A stretch of DNA of 64,000 nucleotides from Acidimicrobiales bacterium (GCA_035294085.1 DATGLP010000024.1:1061-65060); one strand, 5' to 3'; shown: positions 49,708 to 60,247, numbered from the stretch's first letter. Notes: generated by a model not told the origin, from the letters alone. Numbers and translations: made by a program.

Positions 49708-50639
49708 GGCCGCCCGAGACTACCCGCGCCGGCCGCAGGACCGGCCGGCCCCGCCAGGACGACGGCCGGCTTGGCGCGGTCGCGCCCGAGGCGCTCGTAG
49801 ACGGCGAGGAGCCCCCCCTCGGGGCCGTAGAGCGCCCAGGGGCCGTCCCCCACGGCCTTGAGGGCGCGCCGCTCGAGGACGCGCCCGTGGCGGAGCGCGC
49901 CGGCCACGTCGTCGTCGACGGCGAGGGCCGGGAGGTGGGCGACGAGGGCGGACGGCGGCTCCAGGTGGGCGGCCGAGAGGTCCTCGAGGGCGACGGCGCC
50001 CTCGAGGGTGAAGCGGCCGACGGCGACGCGCCGCAGGCAGCGGAGGTGGGCCCCACCCCCGAGCGACGCGCCGAGGTCCGCGACGAGGGAGCGCACGTAG
50101 GTACCCGACGAGCAGGTGACCTCGAAGGCGTAGACGCCCGGCTCGTCTGCCGCTGCCACGGCGAAGCGGGCGACGTGCACGCGGCGGGGCTGGCGCTCCA
50201 CCTCGATGCCGGCACGGGCGAGGGAGTAGAGGCGCCGCCCGCCCACCTTGAGCGCCGACACCATCGGGGGCACCTGGAGGAGCTGGCCCGTGAGGCGCGC
50301 CGCCGCCTCGGCGACCTCGGCCGGCGTGACGCCGGCCATGTCGTAGGTGGCGACGACCTCGCCGGTCGCGTCGAGCGTCGAGGTCGCGACGCCGAGGACG
50401 AGCTCGCCGGTGTAGGACTTCTCGAGCGCACTGGCGAAGCGCAAGAGGCGCGTCGCGCGCCCCACGCCGACGACGAGCACCCCCGTCGCGCCCGGGTCGA
50501 GGGTGCCGGCGTGCCCGGCGCGCCGGCACCCGAGCCGGCTGCGCGCACGCGCCACGACGTCGTGCGACGTCCACCCCCCGGGCTTGTCGACGACGACGAC
50601 GCCGTCGGGGTCGGCCGCGCCGGCGCGCCGGTGCGCCAC
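49698..50639 (-). CDS. truB: tRNA pseudouridine(55) synthase
   Basis: VVVDKPGGWTSHDVV, GHAGTLDPGATGVL. GTG 50639 shares 1 nt with the rbfA TAG. Confidence 0.93.
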   Translation of the reverse strand: MAHRRAGAADPDGVVVVDKPGGWTSHDVVARARSRLGCRRAGHAGTLDPGATGVLVVGVGRATRLLRFASALEKSYTGELVLGVATSTLDATGEVVATYDMAGVTPAEVAEAAARLTGQLLQVPPMVSALKVGGRRLYSLARAGIEVERQPRRVHVARFAVAAADEPGVYAFEVTCSSGTYVRSLVADLGASLGGGAHLRCLRRVAVGRFTLEGAVALEDLSAAHLEPPSALVAHLPALAVDDDVAGALRHGRVLERRALKAVGDGPWALYGPEGGLLAVYERLGRDRAKPAVVLAGPAGPAAGAGSLGRPWT

Positions 50640-51010
50640 TACCCGCCCGCCTCGCGCCGGTGCACGCGGCGCAGCGCGGCGTCGACGCGCTCGCCGGCGA
50701 CGATCGCCGGGTCGACCCTGAACTCGAGCACGGGCACGCGCCGCAGGCGCAGCTGCCGGCCGATCGCCTGCTGGAGGGCGCGCCGGCACAGCGCGAGGGC
50801 CTCGGCCGACGCCGGCGGGATGGAGGCAAGGTAGACGGCGGCGTGACGCAGGTCCGGCTCGCAGGCCACGCCGGTCACGGTGAGCAGCCGGAGCCGCTCG
50901 TCGCTGTCGGCCCGCCGCTCGAGCTCCTCGGCCACGACCTCGTGCAAGAGCGCGTTCACGCGGGCAACCCGTGCGTAGGGACGCTGCGAGCCGCGTGCTG
51001 GGACATCCAT
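50639..51010 (-). CDS. rbfA: ribosome-binding factor A
   Basis: [17 protein letters not shown]...[16 protein letters not shown] pattern. 123 aa from ATG 51010. Confidence 0.9.
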   Translation of the reverse strand: MDVPARGSQRPYARVARVNALLHEVVAEELERRADSDERLRLLTVTGVACEPDLRHAAVYLASIPPASAEALALCRRALQQAIGRQLRLRRVPVLEFRVDPAIVAGERVDAALRRVHRREAGG

Positions 51011-51051
51011 CGCCGTCCGCTCTCTCTCGCGTGCCACGAGCGCCGGCGCGC

Positions 51052-53721
51052 TCAGGTCCTCGGAACCTCGCGCTCCTCGTAGGTCTCGATGAGGTCGCCC
51101 TGATGGAGGTCCTGGAAGTCCGAGAGGCCGACGCCGCACTCGAACCCGGCCGCCACCTCCCGCACGTCCTCCTTGAAGCGCCGCAGCGAGGCGATCGTGC
51201 CCTTCCAGATGACGACGCCGTCGCGCAGGAAGCGTACCTTCGAGCCCCGGGCGATCGTCCCGCTGCGCACGTAGCAGCCCGCCACGGCGCCGACGCGCGG
51301 CACCCGGAAGACCTCGCGGACCTCGGCCTCGCCCGTGACGACCTCCTCGTACTCGGGGGCGAGCATGCCGACCATCGCCGCCTCGATGTCCTCGATCAGC
51401 TTGTAGATGATCTCGTAGGTGCGGATCTCGACGTCGTGCGCCTCCGCGAGCTCCCGCACGCCCCGGCCGGGGCGGACGTTGAAGCCGATGATCGTCGCGT
51501 TCGAGGCCGCTGCGAGCTGCACGTCGCCCTCGGTGATCCCGCCGACGCCACGGTGGACGAAGGCGATCTTCACCTCCTCGCGCTCGAGCCGGCGCAGGCT
51601 CTCGGTGACGGCCTCGAGCGACCCCTGGACGTCCGCCTTGAGGACGAGGGTGAGCGTCGCGCTCTCGCCGCGCTGGATCTGCTCGAAGAGGTCCTCGAGG
51701 CGCGCGCCGGCGCCGGGCGCGCTCGGCGCCTGGCCGTAGCCGGCGGTGCGCGCCCGCTGGGCGCGGGCCTCGGCGATCGTCCGGGCCACCGAGAGGTCCG
51801 TCGTGACGCGCAGCTCGTCGCCGGCGGTCGGCGGGCTCGACAGGCCGAGGACCTCCACCGGCATCGACGGCACGGCCTCCTTCACCTGGTCGCCGCGGTC
51901 GTCGATGAGCGCCTTGACCCGCCCCCAGGCCGAGCCCGCCACGATCGGATCGCCGACGCGCAGCGTCCCCGAGCGCACGATGACGCTCGCCACGGGCCCC
52001 CGACCGACGTCGAGGTTCGCCTCGAGCACCGTGGCGCGGGCACGGCCCTCCGGGCTCGCCTTGAGCTCGAGAACCTCCGCGAGGGCCGCGAGGTGGTCGA
52101 GCAGGTCGTCGATGCCGATGCCCTGGAGGGCGGAGACCTCGACCGTGATCGTGTCGCCGCCCCAGGCCTCCGGGACGAGGCCCTGCTCGGAGAGCTGCTG
52201 CAGGACGCGGGTCGGATCGGCGTCCTCGCGGTCGATCTTGTTCAGCGCGACCACGATCGGCACGTCGGCGGCCCGGGCGTGGTTGATTGCCTCGATCGTC
52301 TGGGGCATGACGCCGTCGTCGGCGGCGACGACGAGGACCACGATGTCGGTCACCTGCGCCCCGCGCGCCCGCATCGCCGTGAAGGCCTCGTGGCCTGGCG
52401 TGTCGATGAAGGTGATCACGTGGCCGTCGCGCTCGACCTGGTAGGCGCCGATGTGCTGGGTGATCCCTCCCGCCTCGCCGGCCGCGACGTTCGTCTGCCG
52501 GATGCGGTCGAGCAGCAGGGTCTTGCCGTGGTCGACGTGCCCCATCACGGTGACGACCGGCGGGCGCGGACGCAGCGTCGCCGGGTCGACCTCCTCCTCG
52601 TCCTCGGCGAAGTAGCGCGCCTGGAGGGCGGCCTCCTGCTCCTCGCCCGGGTCGACGAGCTTGATGCGCGCGCCGAGCTCGGCCGCGAACAGCTCGATCA
52701 TGTCGTCGGTGAGCGACTGGGTAGCAGTCACCACCTCCCCCTGGAGGAAGAGGAAGCGGATGACGTCGCCGGCCGAACGGTTCAGCTTCGGCCCGAGCTC
52801 CTGGGGCGTGCAGCCGCGCTCGATGATCACCTCGCCCTCGGGCACCGGGGCGTTCGAGGGCGTGTAGGTCGCGACCTGGATCGGCTCGAGCTCCTCGGTG
52901 ACGCGGCGCCGGCGCTTGGCCCGTCGCTGCGGCGGGCGGCCGCGACCTGCCAGTCCGCCCCGCCCGCCCGGGGGCGGGCCCCCGACGCCGAGCGCGCGCC
53001 CACCCGCGGGCCGGCCGCCGAAGCCGGGCCGGCCCCCGCCGAAGCCGGGGCGACCCGTCCCGGCGGCGGGCCGGCCGCCGAAGCCGGGCCGGCCTCCGCC
53101 GGCCGGCGCGCCGAAGCGCCCGCCGGCGACGGGCCCGCGGCCCCCGAGACCTGGCGGGGGAGGGATCGGGCGCCCAGAGGGCGACCGGGGCGGGCCGCCC
53201 GGAGGCGGTGGGATCGGCTTGCCAGAGGTGCTGAGCAGCGGACGACGCGCTGGCGGGGGGCCCGACTCGGGCGTGGGGCCCGGGCGCGGCGCCGGCGGCC
53301 GACCGGACTCGCCCGGTCCGGGTCGCCCCGGGACCGCGGGACGCGTCGGTGGCGCGGCGCCGCGCTGGGCGATCGTGCGCGCGTGCTCGGCGAGCTCGCT
53401 GGCCGGCCGGCTGCGCACGACGCGGTGCTCCGCCGGCGGCACCTCGGCCGGCGGTCTCACGCCGGCCGTCGGCGGCTCGGGCTGGCGGGACGCGCCGGCA
53501 GGCTCGGAGACGGCTCGGGGGGCCGGCTCCTCCACCGGAGGCGTCTTGCGGATGAGCCCGTCGCGCTCGGCGCGCCGGCGCACGCGGTCGCCCTGCGCGT
53601 CCTCGATCGAGGAGGAGTGGCTCTTCACCCCGATCCCGAGCTCGAGGCACAGGTCGAGCGCTTCCTTGTTCGTGAGCCCGAGCTCGCGGGCGAGCTCGTA
53701 GACCCGGATCTTCTTCGCCAA
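51052..53721 (-). CDS. infB: translation initiation factor IF-2
   Basis: [14 protein letters not shown] start (TTG, 6 nt after GGAAGGGA), Gly/Pro/Arg-rich linker, GTPase ([17 protein letters not shown]). Confidence 0.96.
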   Translation of the reverse strand: MAKKIRVYELARELGLTNKEALDLCLELGIGVKSHSSSIEDAQGDRVRRRAERDGLIRKTPPVEEPAPRAVSEPAGASRQPEPPTAGVRPPAEVPPAEHRVVRSRPASELAEHARTIAQRGAAPPTRPAVPGRPGPGESGRPPAPRPGPTPESGPPPARRPLLSTSGKPIPPPPGGPPRSPSGRPIPPPPGLGGRGPVAGGRFGAPAGGGRPGFGGRPAAGTGRPGFGGGRPGFGGRPAGGRALGVGGPPPGGRGGLAGRGRPPQRRAKRRRRVTEELEPIQVATYTPSNAPVPEGEVIIERGCTPQELGPKLNRSAGDVIRFLFLQGEVVTATQSLTDDMIELFAAELGARIKLVDPGEEQEAALQARYFAEDEEEVDPATLRPRPPVVTVMGHVDHGKTLLLDRIRQTNVAAGEAGGITQHIGAYQVERDGHVITFIDTPGHEAFTAMRARGAQVTDIVVLVVAADDGVMPQTIEAINHARAADVPIVVALNKIDREDADPTRVLQQLSEQGLVPEAWGGDTITVEVSALQGIGIDDLLDHLAALAEVLELKASPEGRARATVLEANLDVGRGPVASVIVRSGTLRVGDPIVAGSAWGRVKALIDDRGDQVKEAVPSMPVEVLGLSSPPTAGDELRVTTDLSVARTIAEARAQRARTAGYGQAPSAPGAGARLEDLFEQIQRGESATLTLVLKADVQGSLEAVTESLRRLEREEVKIAFVHRGVGGITEGDVQLAAASNATIIGFNVRPGRGVRELAEAHDVEIRTYEIIYKLIEDIEAAMVGMLAPEYEEVVTGEAEVREVFRVPRVGAVAGCYVRSGTIARGSKVRFLRDGVVIWKGTIASLRRFKEDVREVAAGFECGVGLSDFQDLHQGDLIETYEEREVPRT

Positions 53722-53814
53722 CAGCAGTCCCTTCCAGCGAGACGCGACGCGCCTCCGGCAGCGCTCCCGCCGCCTCCCTATCCTCGCACACCCGGGCGGA
53801 GGCCGTGCCCGGGC

Positions 53815-54051
53815 CTACGTGAGCGCCTGGGCGAGGCGTGCCGCCGCGTCCTCGGGCAGCGGCACGCGCAGGGCGCGGGCGAGCGCGCCGCCGCGCAGGG
53901 CCCCCTCGAGGCACGCGGGCGAGCCGGTGCACAGCCAGGCGCCCCGGCCCGGCTGGCCCCGCCCGACCACGAGGGTACCGGGCGCGGGGGACGAGACGCG
54001 CACGAGCTCGTCCGCCGGCCGGCGCCGCCGGCAGCCGACGCAGGTGCGCAG
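53815..54051 (-). CDS. YlxR/DUF448-family RNA-binding protein
   Basis: [18 protein letters not shown] motif between nusA and infB. No canonical start lies upstream of the motif. CTG 54051 is the nearest candidate, and AAGGAG lies further upstream. Confidence 0.75.
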   Translation of the reverse strand: MRTCVGCRRRRPADELVRVSSPAPGTLVVGRGQPGRGAWLCTGSPACLEGALRGGALARALRVPLPEDAAARLAQALT

Positions 54052-54065
54052 CGGTGCCCGGCCGG

Positions 54066-55271
54066 CTACGACGGCGCTCCTTCGTCGGCACCCGGCACGA
54101 CCGCTTCGGTCTCGGCCGCCGCCGGCTCGGCGGGCGCCTCCCCGGCGTCGCCGGCGCGGGGCGAGCCGCCGGCTTGGACCCACTGCTCCATCGAGACCGC
54201 GGGGCCGCCGCCCGCGGGCTGGAAGACCATCTCGCCGGCCTCGCCCTCGACCCACTCGCCCTCGGCCCAGCCGTCGGCGGTGAGGCCCGCCTCCTCCTCG
54301 GCGAGCTGCGACTCGCTCTTGATGTCGATCCGCCAGCCGGTGAGGCGCGCCGCGAGGCGCGCGTTCTGGCCCTCCTTGCCGATCGCGAGGGAGAGCTGGT
54401 AGTCGTGCACGATCACCGTCGCCGTCCCGGTCTCCTCGTCGAGGCGGACCTCCTTCACCCTCGCCGGCTGCAGGGCGCGGGCGACGAACTCGGCCGGGTC
54501 GTCGGAGTAGGGCACGATGTCGACCTTCTCGCCCCGCAGCTCGTTCGTCACCATGCGGACGCGCGCGCCGCGCGCCCCGACGCAGGCCCCGACCGGGTCG
54601 ACGTTCGGGTCGTTCGACCAGACCGCGATCTTCGTTCGGTGGCCGGGCTCGCGCGCGCAGGCCTTGATCTCCACGACGCCGTTGGAGATCTCGGGCACCT
54701 CGAGCTCGAAGAGCCGCTTGATGAGGCCCGGGTGCGAGCGGGAGACGACGATCTGGGGGCCCTTCGTCGTCTTGCGGACCTCGACGATGTAGGCCTTGAG
54801 GCGCGCGCCGTGCTCGTAGCGCTCGTAGGGGACCTGCTCCGCCTGCGGCAGGAGTGCCTCCACCCTGCCCAGGTCGAGCAGGGTGTAGCGGTTGTCGCTC
54901 TGCTGGATGATCCCCGTGACGATGTCGCCCTCGCGCCCGGCGTACTCCTCGTACTTGAGGTCGCGCTCGGCTTCCCGGATGCGCTGGAGGATGACCTGCT
55001 TGGCCGCCTGCGCGGCGATGCGGCCGAAGTCGTGGGGCGTGTCGTCCCACTCGCGCACGACGTTGCCCTCCTCGTCGAGCTCCTGGCCGTAGACGCGGAT
55101 CTCCCCGGAGTCGGAGTCGATCGTGACGAACGCCTCCTCCGCGGCGTTCGGCAGGCGCTTGTAGGCGGCCACGAGCGCGTTGGCGAGCGCCTCGAGGAGG
55201 GTGTCGACGGCGATCCCCTTGTCGCGCGCGATCTGCTGGAGCGCGTCCAGGAACTCGAAGTTCGTGCTCAT
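54066..55271 (-). CDS. nusA: transcription termination/antitermination factor NusA
   Basis: N-terminal domain, S1, KH1/KH2 ([24 protein letters not shown]), acidic tail. ATG 55271 overlaps the rimP TGA (ATGA). Confidence 0.95.
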   Translation of the reverse strand: MSTNFEFLDALQQIARDKGIAVDTLLEALANALVAAYKRLPNAAEEAFVTIDSDSGEIRVYGQELDEEGNVVREWDDTPHDFGRIAAQAAKQVILQRIREAERDLKYEEYAGREGDIVTGIIQQSDNRYTLLDLGRVEALLPQAEQVPYERYEHGARLKAYIVEVRKTTKGPQIVVSRSHPGLIKRLFELEVPEISNGVVEIKACAREPGHRTKIAVWSNDPNVDPVGACVGARGARVRMVTNELRGEKVDIVPYSDDPAEFVARALQPARVKEVRLDEETGTATVIVHDYQLSLAIGKEGQNARLAARLTGWRIDIKSESQLAEEEAGLTADGWAEGEWVEGEAGEMVFQPAGGGPAVSMEQWVQAGGSPRAGDAGEAPAEPAAAETEAVVPGADEGAPS

Positions 55272-55810
55272 CTCGTCGTCGCCCTTCTCCCGGTGGCGGA
55301 CGGCGCCTCGCCGACCGCCTCTCGCCGCGCGGGGGCGCGGCGCTCCTTGCGAAGCGCCGACCGCCAGTCGAACACCGTGCGCGCCCGCTCGATCTCGCTG
55401 TAGGTGAGGCGGCGCTCCCCGGCCGGTCCGGCGACGACCACCGCCTCCTCGCCGGCCGCCACGAGCACCCCCTCGACGCGGCGCTCCCCGGGTGTGCCGG
55501 GGACCGTGCGCAGCGCGACCTGCTCGCCGACGGCCCGGGCGAAGTGCTCGGGGCGGCGCAGCCGGCGCTCGAGGCCTGGGCTCGTCACCTCGAGCTCGTA
55601 GGGCCCGGGCGGCGCGAGCTCGTCCCGGGCGTCGAGCAGACGCGAGATCGCCCGGGACGCCTCGGCGATGGTGTCGAGGTCGAGCCCGGCGCGCCCCTCG
55701 ACGGTGACCTGCAGCGTGCGGCCGTGGAGCTCCACGTCGAAGAGCTCGAGGTCGAGCGGCGCGAGCACCGGGCCGAGCGCCCTGGCGAGATCGTCCCAGC
55801 TCGCTCGCAC
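55268..55810 (-). CDS. rimP: ribosome maturation factor RimP
   Basis: YELEVTSPGLERRL motif. GTG 55810 lies 4 nt after GGAGG. Confidence 0.88.
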   Translation of the reverse strand: MRASWDDLARALGPVLAPLDLELFDVELHGRTLQVTVEGRAGLDLDTIAEASRAISRLLDARDELAPPGPYELEVTSPGLERRLRRPEHFARAVGEQVALRTVPGTPGERRVEGVLVAAGEEAVVVAGPAGERRLTYSEIERARTVFDWRSALRKERRAPARREAVGEAPSATGRRATTR

Positions 55811-55884
55811 CGCACCTCCTCGCCGGTCCCGACGCCTCCTCCGGCGCCACGCGCCGGTGCCCACCTCGCAGGTTCGCACGGCCG

Positions 55885-55921
55885 CCCAAAAAATCAAGAA
55901 CGTGGGCACCCGCCCACGTTC
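55885..55921 (-). terminator. intrinsic terminator in the rimP-nusA-infB leader
   Basis: Minus strand reads GAACGUGGGC-GGGU-GCCCACGUUC (perfect 10-bp stem) followed by UUGAUUUUUU. Lies about 70 nt upstream of the rimP GTG. Confidence 0.75.
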
Positions 55922-55954
55922 CCGCACCTTCGGAAGGCCGCTGAACTGCGCCCG

Positions 55955-55960
55955 AGTATA
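55955..55960 (-). promoter_or_regulatory. possible -10 hexamer (TATACT) for the rimP operon leader
   Basis: Minus-strand TATACT about 35 nt upstream of the terminator stem. No clear -35. Confidence 0.35.
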
Positions 55961-56150
55961 GCAGCGCCTCGTCCGGCCCGCCGGGGCGTCCCCGGCGCCA
56001 CGAACCCTGGTTCCGACCGGCGCGGCGCGGTAGAACGAGCGGTAGCGCGAGCGTCCACGCTCGTGGCCCCGGCGTGGCGGGTCGGAGCGGCAACAACCGA
56101 CGGGCGACGCGGCGTCTCCTGCCGTGCGGCGGAAACGAGGAGGTCACGGC

Positions 56151-57668
56151 GTGGGCGGGACCGACGGCGTGGGCGGCCGGCGCGTCAGGCCAGGCAGCGA
56201 GCGGGAGCGGACCTCGCTGCGCGAGGAGCAGGCTGCTCGCCTCGCGGCGGCCTTCGTCGCGCGCCCCGGCGCACGCTGGAGCGCCCCGCCCATCCTCTAC
56301 GAGCTCGGGCCCGACGACGTCGTCCTGCGCTCGTGGCAGGCGCTGCGCCCGGCGGCCGGCGGCGGCGAGGCGCTGTTCGACGGGACCTGGCGGCTCTCGC
56401 GGCGCGACCTCGCCGCGCACCGGGCGCACGAGGCCGCACCGGCGCTCGCCGCGCTGGTCGCCGCGGGCACGACGCCGCGAGGCTCGCTGCTCATCGACCT
56501 CGTCGCGGCCAGGGTGACCTCGCTCGCGGGCGCGCCCGACCACTGCGAGGAGCGCCTCGCGGCGATGGCGCGCGACGCCTTCACGAGGCGCTTCTGCGAG
56601 ATCGGCCGCGTCATCGCCGTCGGTCTCGCCCCGACGGGCGGCTCTGGCGCCGACGCGCTCGTCGCCAGCCCGGCTGCGGCGCTCGCCTGCCTCGAGGCGG
56701 ACCGCGCCGGTGGCCCGACGGTCGTCCTCGTCGGGTCGGCGGCGTGCGAGGCGAGCGCCGCACTCGCCGAGCTGCTCGCCCGGGCGACGCAGCGCCCCGA
56801 GTGCGGGGTGCTCCTCGCCCGGCCCTCGCCCGAGGCGCGCGCCGTCGTCGCGCCCGGGCCGGACGGCGCCGGGAACGTCTTCCTCTCGGCGCTCGGCGCG
56901 CCTCGGGGCGAGCGCAGCAGCGCCGGTTCCACGCCGCCTCGCTCCGAGCCGATCGAGGTCGCCGTGCTCGGCCCCGTCGAGGTCCGGGGTTCGACCATCC
57001 CGCTCGAGCGGCGCCCGAAGCTCACCGAGCTCGTCGTGTACCTCGCGATGCACCCGGAGGGGGCGACGACGCGCACCTGGGCGACGGCGCTGTGGCCGGA
57101 GCGCCGCGTGCCTCCCCAGACGGTGGCGAACCGCCTCTCCGAGGCTCGGCGAGCGCTCGGCTTCGCCTCCGACGGGCGGCCCCGCCTCCGCCGCAGCGGC
57201 GAGCGCCACCTCATCGCCGACTTCACGACCGACTGGGCCGCCTTCCTCGCGCTGTCCTCGCCCGAGGCGGGCCCCCAGAGCTGGCGAGAGGCGCTCGGCC
57301 TGCTGCGCGGGCGGCCCTTCGGCGAGCTGCGCGAGTGCCAGTGGGCGACCCTCGAGGGGCTCGCCAGCGAGATGGAGCAGGCCGCGGTGGCCTGCGGCCT
57401 GCGCTACGGCGAGCACGCGCTCGCCGACGGGCGGCCGGACGAGGCCACCTGGGCCGCCCAGCGAGCGCTGCGCACGAGCCCCTGGGACGAGCGGCTCCAC
57501 CGCCTGGCGATGCGGGCGGCCGACGCGGCGGGCAACCGCGCCGGCGTCGAGGCGACCCTGCGCCACCTCGCCCTCGTGCTCGAGCTCGACGGCGACCCGC
57601 TCGCGGGCGTCCATCCGCTCACCGCCGCCCTCTACACCGACCTCGTGGCGGGGACGCGCGCCCCCTGA
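56151..57668 (+). CDS. SARP/BTAD-type transcriptional regulator with an unrecognised N-terminal domain
   Basis: The C-terminal half has an OmpR-type wHTH (IEVAVLGPVEVRG...LTELVVYLAMHPEG...ALWP) followed by a BTAD-like helical repeat (LGLLRGRPFG...P WDERLHRLAMRA). GTG 56151 lies 7 nt after GAGGAGG. Confidence 0.7.
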   Translation: MGGTDGVGGRRVRPGSERERTSLREEQAARLAAAFVARPGARWSAPPILYELGPDDVVLRSWQALRPAAGGGEALFDGTWRLSRRDLAAHRAHEAAPALAALVAAGTTPRGSLLIDLVAARVTSLAGAPDHCEERLAAMARDAFTRRFCEIGRVIAVGLAPTGGSGADALVASPAAALACLEADRAGGPTVVLVGSAACEASAALAELLARATQRPECGVLLARPSPEARAVVAPGPDGAGNVFLSALGAPRGERSSAGSTPPRSEPIEVAVLGPVEVRGSTIPLERRPKLTELVVYLAMHPEGATTRTWATALWPERRVPPQTVANRLSEARRALGFASDGRPRLRRSGERHLIADFTTDWAAFLALSSPEAGPQSWREALGLLRGRPFGELRECQWATLEGLASEMEQAAVACGLRYGEHALADGRPDEATWAAQRALRTSPWDERLHRLAMRAADAAGNRAGVEATLRHLALVLELDGDPLAGVHPLTAALYTDLVAGTRAP

Positions 57669-57754
57669 GCGTCGCGTGCCGGGGCGCTGGCCGCGTGGCC
57701 GCGGCGGCGGCCGGTAGTGTCCGGGCGTCGCAGGTGGCGAGCGAAGGAGCCGGC

Positions 57755-58531
57755 GTGGGGATCCTCGAGGGCAAGAAGCTCCTCATCACGGGCGTGCTGA
57801 CGGACGACTCCCTCGCCTTTCGCGTCGCCGAGCTCGCCCAGCGCGAGGGCGCGGACATCGCTCTGACCGGGTTCGGCCGGGGACGCTCGCTCACCGAGCG
57901 CGTCGCGCGCAAGCTGGCCGGCCCGCCGCCGGTCCTCGAGCTCGACGTGACGAACCCCGAGCACCCCCCGGCGCTCGCCCGGGCGCTCGAGGAGCGCTTC
58001 GGGCGCCTCGACGGCATCCTCCACTCGATCGGCTTCGCGCCCGCGAGCTGCCTCGGCCGGGGGATGCTCGCCGCCACGTGGCCCGAGGTCTCGACGACCC
58101 TCGAGGTCTCCGCCTTCTCGCTGCGGGTACTCGCCGGCGAGCTCCTCCCGCTGCTGCGGGCCGGCGGCGGGGGCTCGATCGTCGGGCTCGACTTCGACGC
58201 CAGCACCGCCTGGCCCGGCTACGACTGGATGGGGGTGGCGAAGGCTGCGCTCGAGTCGCTTACGCGCTACCTCGCCCGGGATCTCGGACCCGAGGGCGTG
58301 CGCGTCAACCTCGTCGCCGCCGGCCCGGTGCGGACGGTGGCCGCGAAGGCCATCCCGGGCTTCGAGCGCTTCGAGGACGCGTGGGCCGAGCGCGCGCCGC
58401 TCGGCTGGGACGCGTCGGGGGACGGCGCGGCCGTGGCACGCGCCTGCGTCGCGCTCTTGTCGGACTGGTTCCCGCGCACGACGGGAGAGATCGTCCACGT
58501 CGACGGCGGCTTCCACGCCGTCGGCGCCTAG
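57755..58531 (+). CDS. fabI: enoyl-ACP reductase (InhA/FabI type)
   Basis: GKKLLITGVLTDDSLAF, YDWMGVAKAALES (Y/K catalytic pair), HVDGG. GTG 57755 lies 5 nt after GAAGGAG. Confidence 0.92.
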   Translation: MGILEGKKLLITGVLTDDSLAFRVAELAQREGADIALTGFGRGRSLTERVARKLAGPPPVLELDVTNPEHPPALARALEERFGRLDGILHSIGFAPASCLGRGMLAATWPEVSTTLEVSAFSLRVLAGELLPLLRAGGGGSIVGLDFDASTAWPGYDWMGVAKAALESLTRYLARDLGPEGVRVNLVAAGPVRTVAAKAIPGFERFEDAWAERAPLGWDASGDGAAVARACVALLSDWFPRTTGEIVHVDGGFHAVGA

Positions 58532-58553
58532 CAGCGCCGAAGCGGCCCGGTGT

Positions 58554-58559
58554 TAGGGT
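58554..58559 (+). promoter_or_regulatory. possible -10 hexamer (TAGGGT) for tRNA-Cys
   Basis: TAGGGT 9 nt upstream of the tRNA 5' end. Confidence 0.3.
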
Positions 58560-58568
58560 GGAGCCGCT

Positions 58569-58640
58569 GGCGGCGTGGCCGAGTGGTTTAGGCAAGGGCC
58601 TGCAAAGCCCTGTACCCCAGTTCGATTCTGGGCGCCGCCT
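58569..58640 (+). tRNA. tRNA-Cys (anticodon GCA)
   Basis: Acceptor GGCGGCG/CGCCGCC, anticodon arm AGGGC-CTGCAAA-GCCCT, T-arm CCCAG-TTCGATT-CTGGG, discriminator U as expected for Cys. CCA is not encoded. Confidence 0.9.
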
Positions 58641-58709
58641 CGGCGGCCCCTCAGGGCGAGCACCGGCGCGCCATCGAGGCACGACACGCCGTCGGCCTAT
58701 CGTGCAGCC

Positions 58710-60125
58710 GTGGAGCTCCACGAGCTGAGCGCCCTCGAGCTGGCCGACGCGCTCCGCCGGCGCGAGGTGAGCCCGAGCGAGGTCGTGGAGCACCACCTGC
58801 GGCGCATCGACGAGCACGGCGCCCGGATCGGCGCCTTCGTCACCGTCTCCGAGGGCGAGGCCCGGGCGGCCGCGGCGCAGGCCGAGCGGGCGCTGCTCGA
58901 GGGACGCGCAGACGCCCCGCTCCTCGGCGTCCCGACCGCCATCAAGGACCTCAACCTCACCGCGGGCGTCCGCACGACGTTCGGCAGCGCGCTCGGCGCG
59001 AGCTTCGTGCCCTCGGTCGACGACCACGTCGTCACCTTGCTGCGCGAGGCCGGCCTCATCAGCCTCGGCAAGACGAACACCCCGGAGTTCGGCCTGTGCT
59101 GCTACACCGAGCCGGAGGTCGCGCCACCGGCCCGCTGCCCCTACGACCTCGCCCGCTCGGCCGGCGGCTCGAGCGGCGGGGCCGGCGCGGCGGTCGCCGC
59201 GCGCCTCGTCCCGCTCGCGCAGGGGAGCGACGGCGCGGGATCGGTGCGCATCCCCGCGAGCGCCTGCGGCGTCGTGGGTCTGAAGCCGGCGCGCGGCCGA
59301 GTGAGCAACGGGCCGCTCGGGTCCGACGTCGGCGGCCTCGCCGTGAACGGGGTCCTCGCTCGCACCGTGGCCGACGCCGCCGCGGCGCTCGACGCGATGG
59401 CCGTGCCGATGCCCGGCGATCCCTGCTGGGCGCCGCCGCTGCCGCCAGGCGAGCGCTTCCTCGACGCGACGCGGCGCGAGACGGGTCGGCTGCGCATCGG
59501 CCGCTTCCTCGAGCCGGTGATCGCCGAGGCGGCGGTCGATCCAGAGTGCGTGCGGGCGTACGAGGTCGCCTCGTCGCTGCTCGAGTCGCTCGGCCACGAG
59601 GTCGAGGACTGCCCACGCCCACTGCCGAGCGAGGTCACGGCGAGCTTCGAGGTCGTCTGGAGTGTCGGCGCCGCTGCCATCCCGGTCCCGCCCGGCGGCG
59701 ACGACCTGCTCCGTCCGATCACTCGCTGGCTGCGAGGGCGCGGCCGAGCGGTCGACGCGCCGAGCTTCGTCCGAGCCGTCGCCGAGCTGCAGCTCGCGGC
59801 GCGCCGGGCGATCGTCGCGACGGCTGCCTTCGACGCCCTGCTGACGCCGACGCTCGCCCAGCGCCCGGCGCTGGTCGGCGCGCTGCGCGACGACGAGGAC
59901 CCCGCCGCGGACTTCGAGGCCCAGAAGCGCTTCACCCCCTTCAGCGCGATGGCGAACCTCACCGGACAGCCAGCGATCTCCCTGCCGCTCCACTGGAGCG
60001 AGGACGGCCTGCCGATCGGCGTCCAGCTGGTCGGTCCGAGCGCCGGCGAGGCCCGGCTGCTCTCCCTCGCCGCCCAGCTCGAGGCGGCCGCGCCCTGGCA
60101 CGCACGGGCGCCCGAGGGGTTCTGA
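58710..60125 (+). CDS. amidase (amidase-signature family)
   Basis: GGSSGGAGAAVA, KDL, GSDGAGSVRIPA signature. GTG 58710 is the first start clear of the tRNA. Confidence 0.88.
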   Translation: MELHELSALELADALRRREVSPSEVVEHHLRRIDEHGARIGAFVTVSEGEARAAAAQAERALLEGRADAPLLGVPTAIKDLNLTAGVRTTFGSALGASFVPSVDDHVVTLLREAGLISLGKTNTPEFGLCCYTEPEVAPPARCPYDLARSAGGSSGGAGAAVAARLVPLAQGSDGAGSVRIPASACGVVGLKPARGRVSNGPLGSDVGGLAVNGVLARTVADAAAALDAMAVPMPGDPCWAPPLPPGERFLDATRRETGRLRIGRFLEPVIAEAAVDPECVRAYEVASSLLESLGHEVEDCPRPLPSEVTASFEVVWSVGAAAIPVPPGGDDLLRPITRWLRGRGRAVDAPSFVRAVAELQLAARRAIVATAAFDALLTPTLAQRPALVGALRDDEDPAADFEAQKRFTPFSAMANLTGQPAISLPLHWSEDGLPIGVQLVGPSAGEARLLSLAAQLEAAAPWHARAPEGF

Positions 60126-60247
60126 GGACGCCCGTGCGCCCGTGGCCGAGACGCGACGGCGGTCAGCCGGCCGACGCGCCCGCCTCGAGCTGGCCGCCGC
60201 TACCGCTGCGGGTCAACTCGCCGGCGCCGGCGGTCGATCGGTGGAAC

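Noticed and set aside
50971-54402. 1143-aa plus-strand ORF, and the 1150-aa minus ORF 50639..54091, over infB
   Set aside because: Alternative frames of infB. Only the last 123 codons of 50639..54091 (rbfA) look like a real protein.
55885-55921. Reading the rimP-leader hairpin as a bidirectional terminator for a plus-strand gene
   Set aside because: No plus-strand gene ends upstream of it, and the plus-strand side lacks a U-tract.
56088-56110. CAACAACCGACGGGCGAC resembling the nadA-leader sequence
   Set aside because: It lacks the CCCC run and flanking helices, and it is not upstream of an NAD gene.
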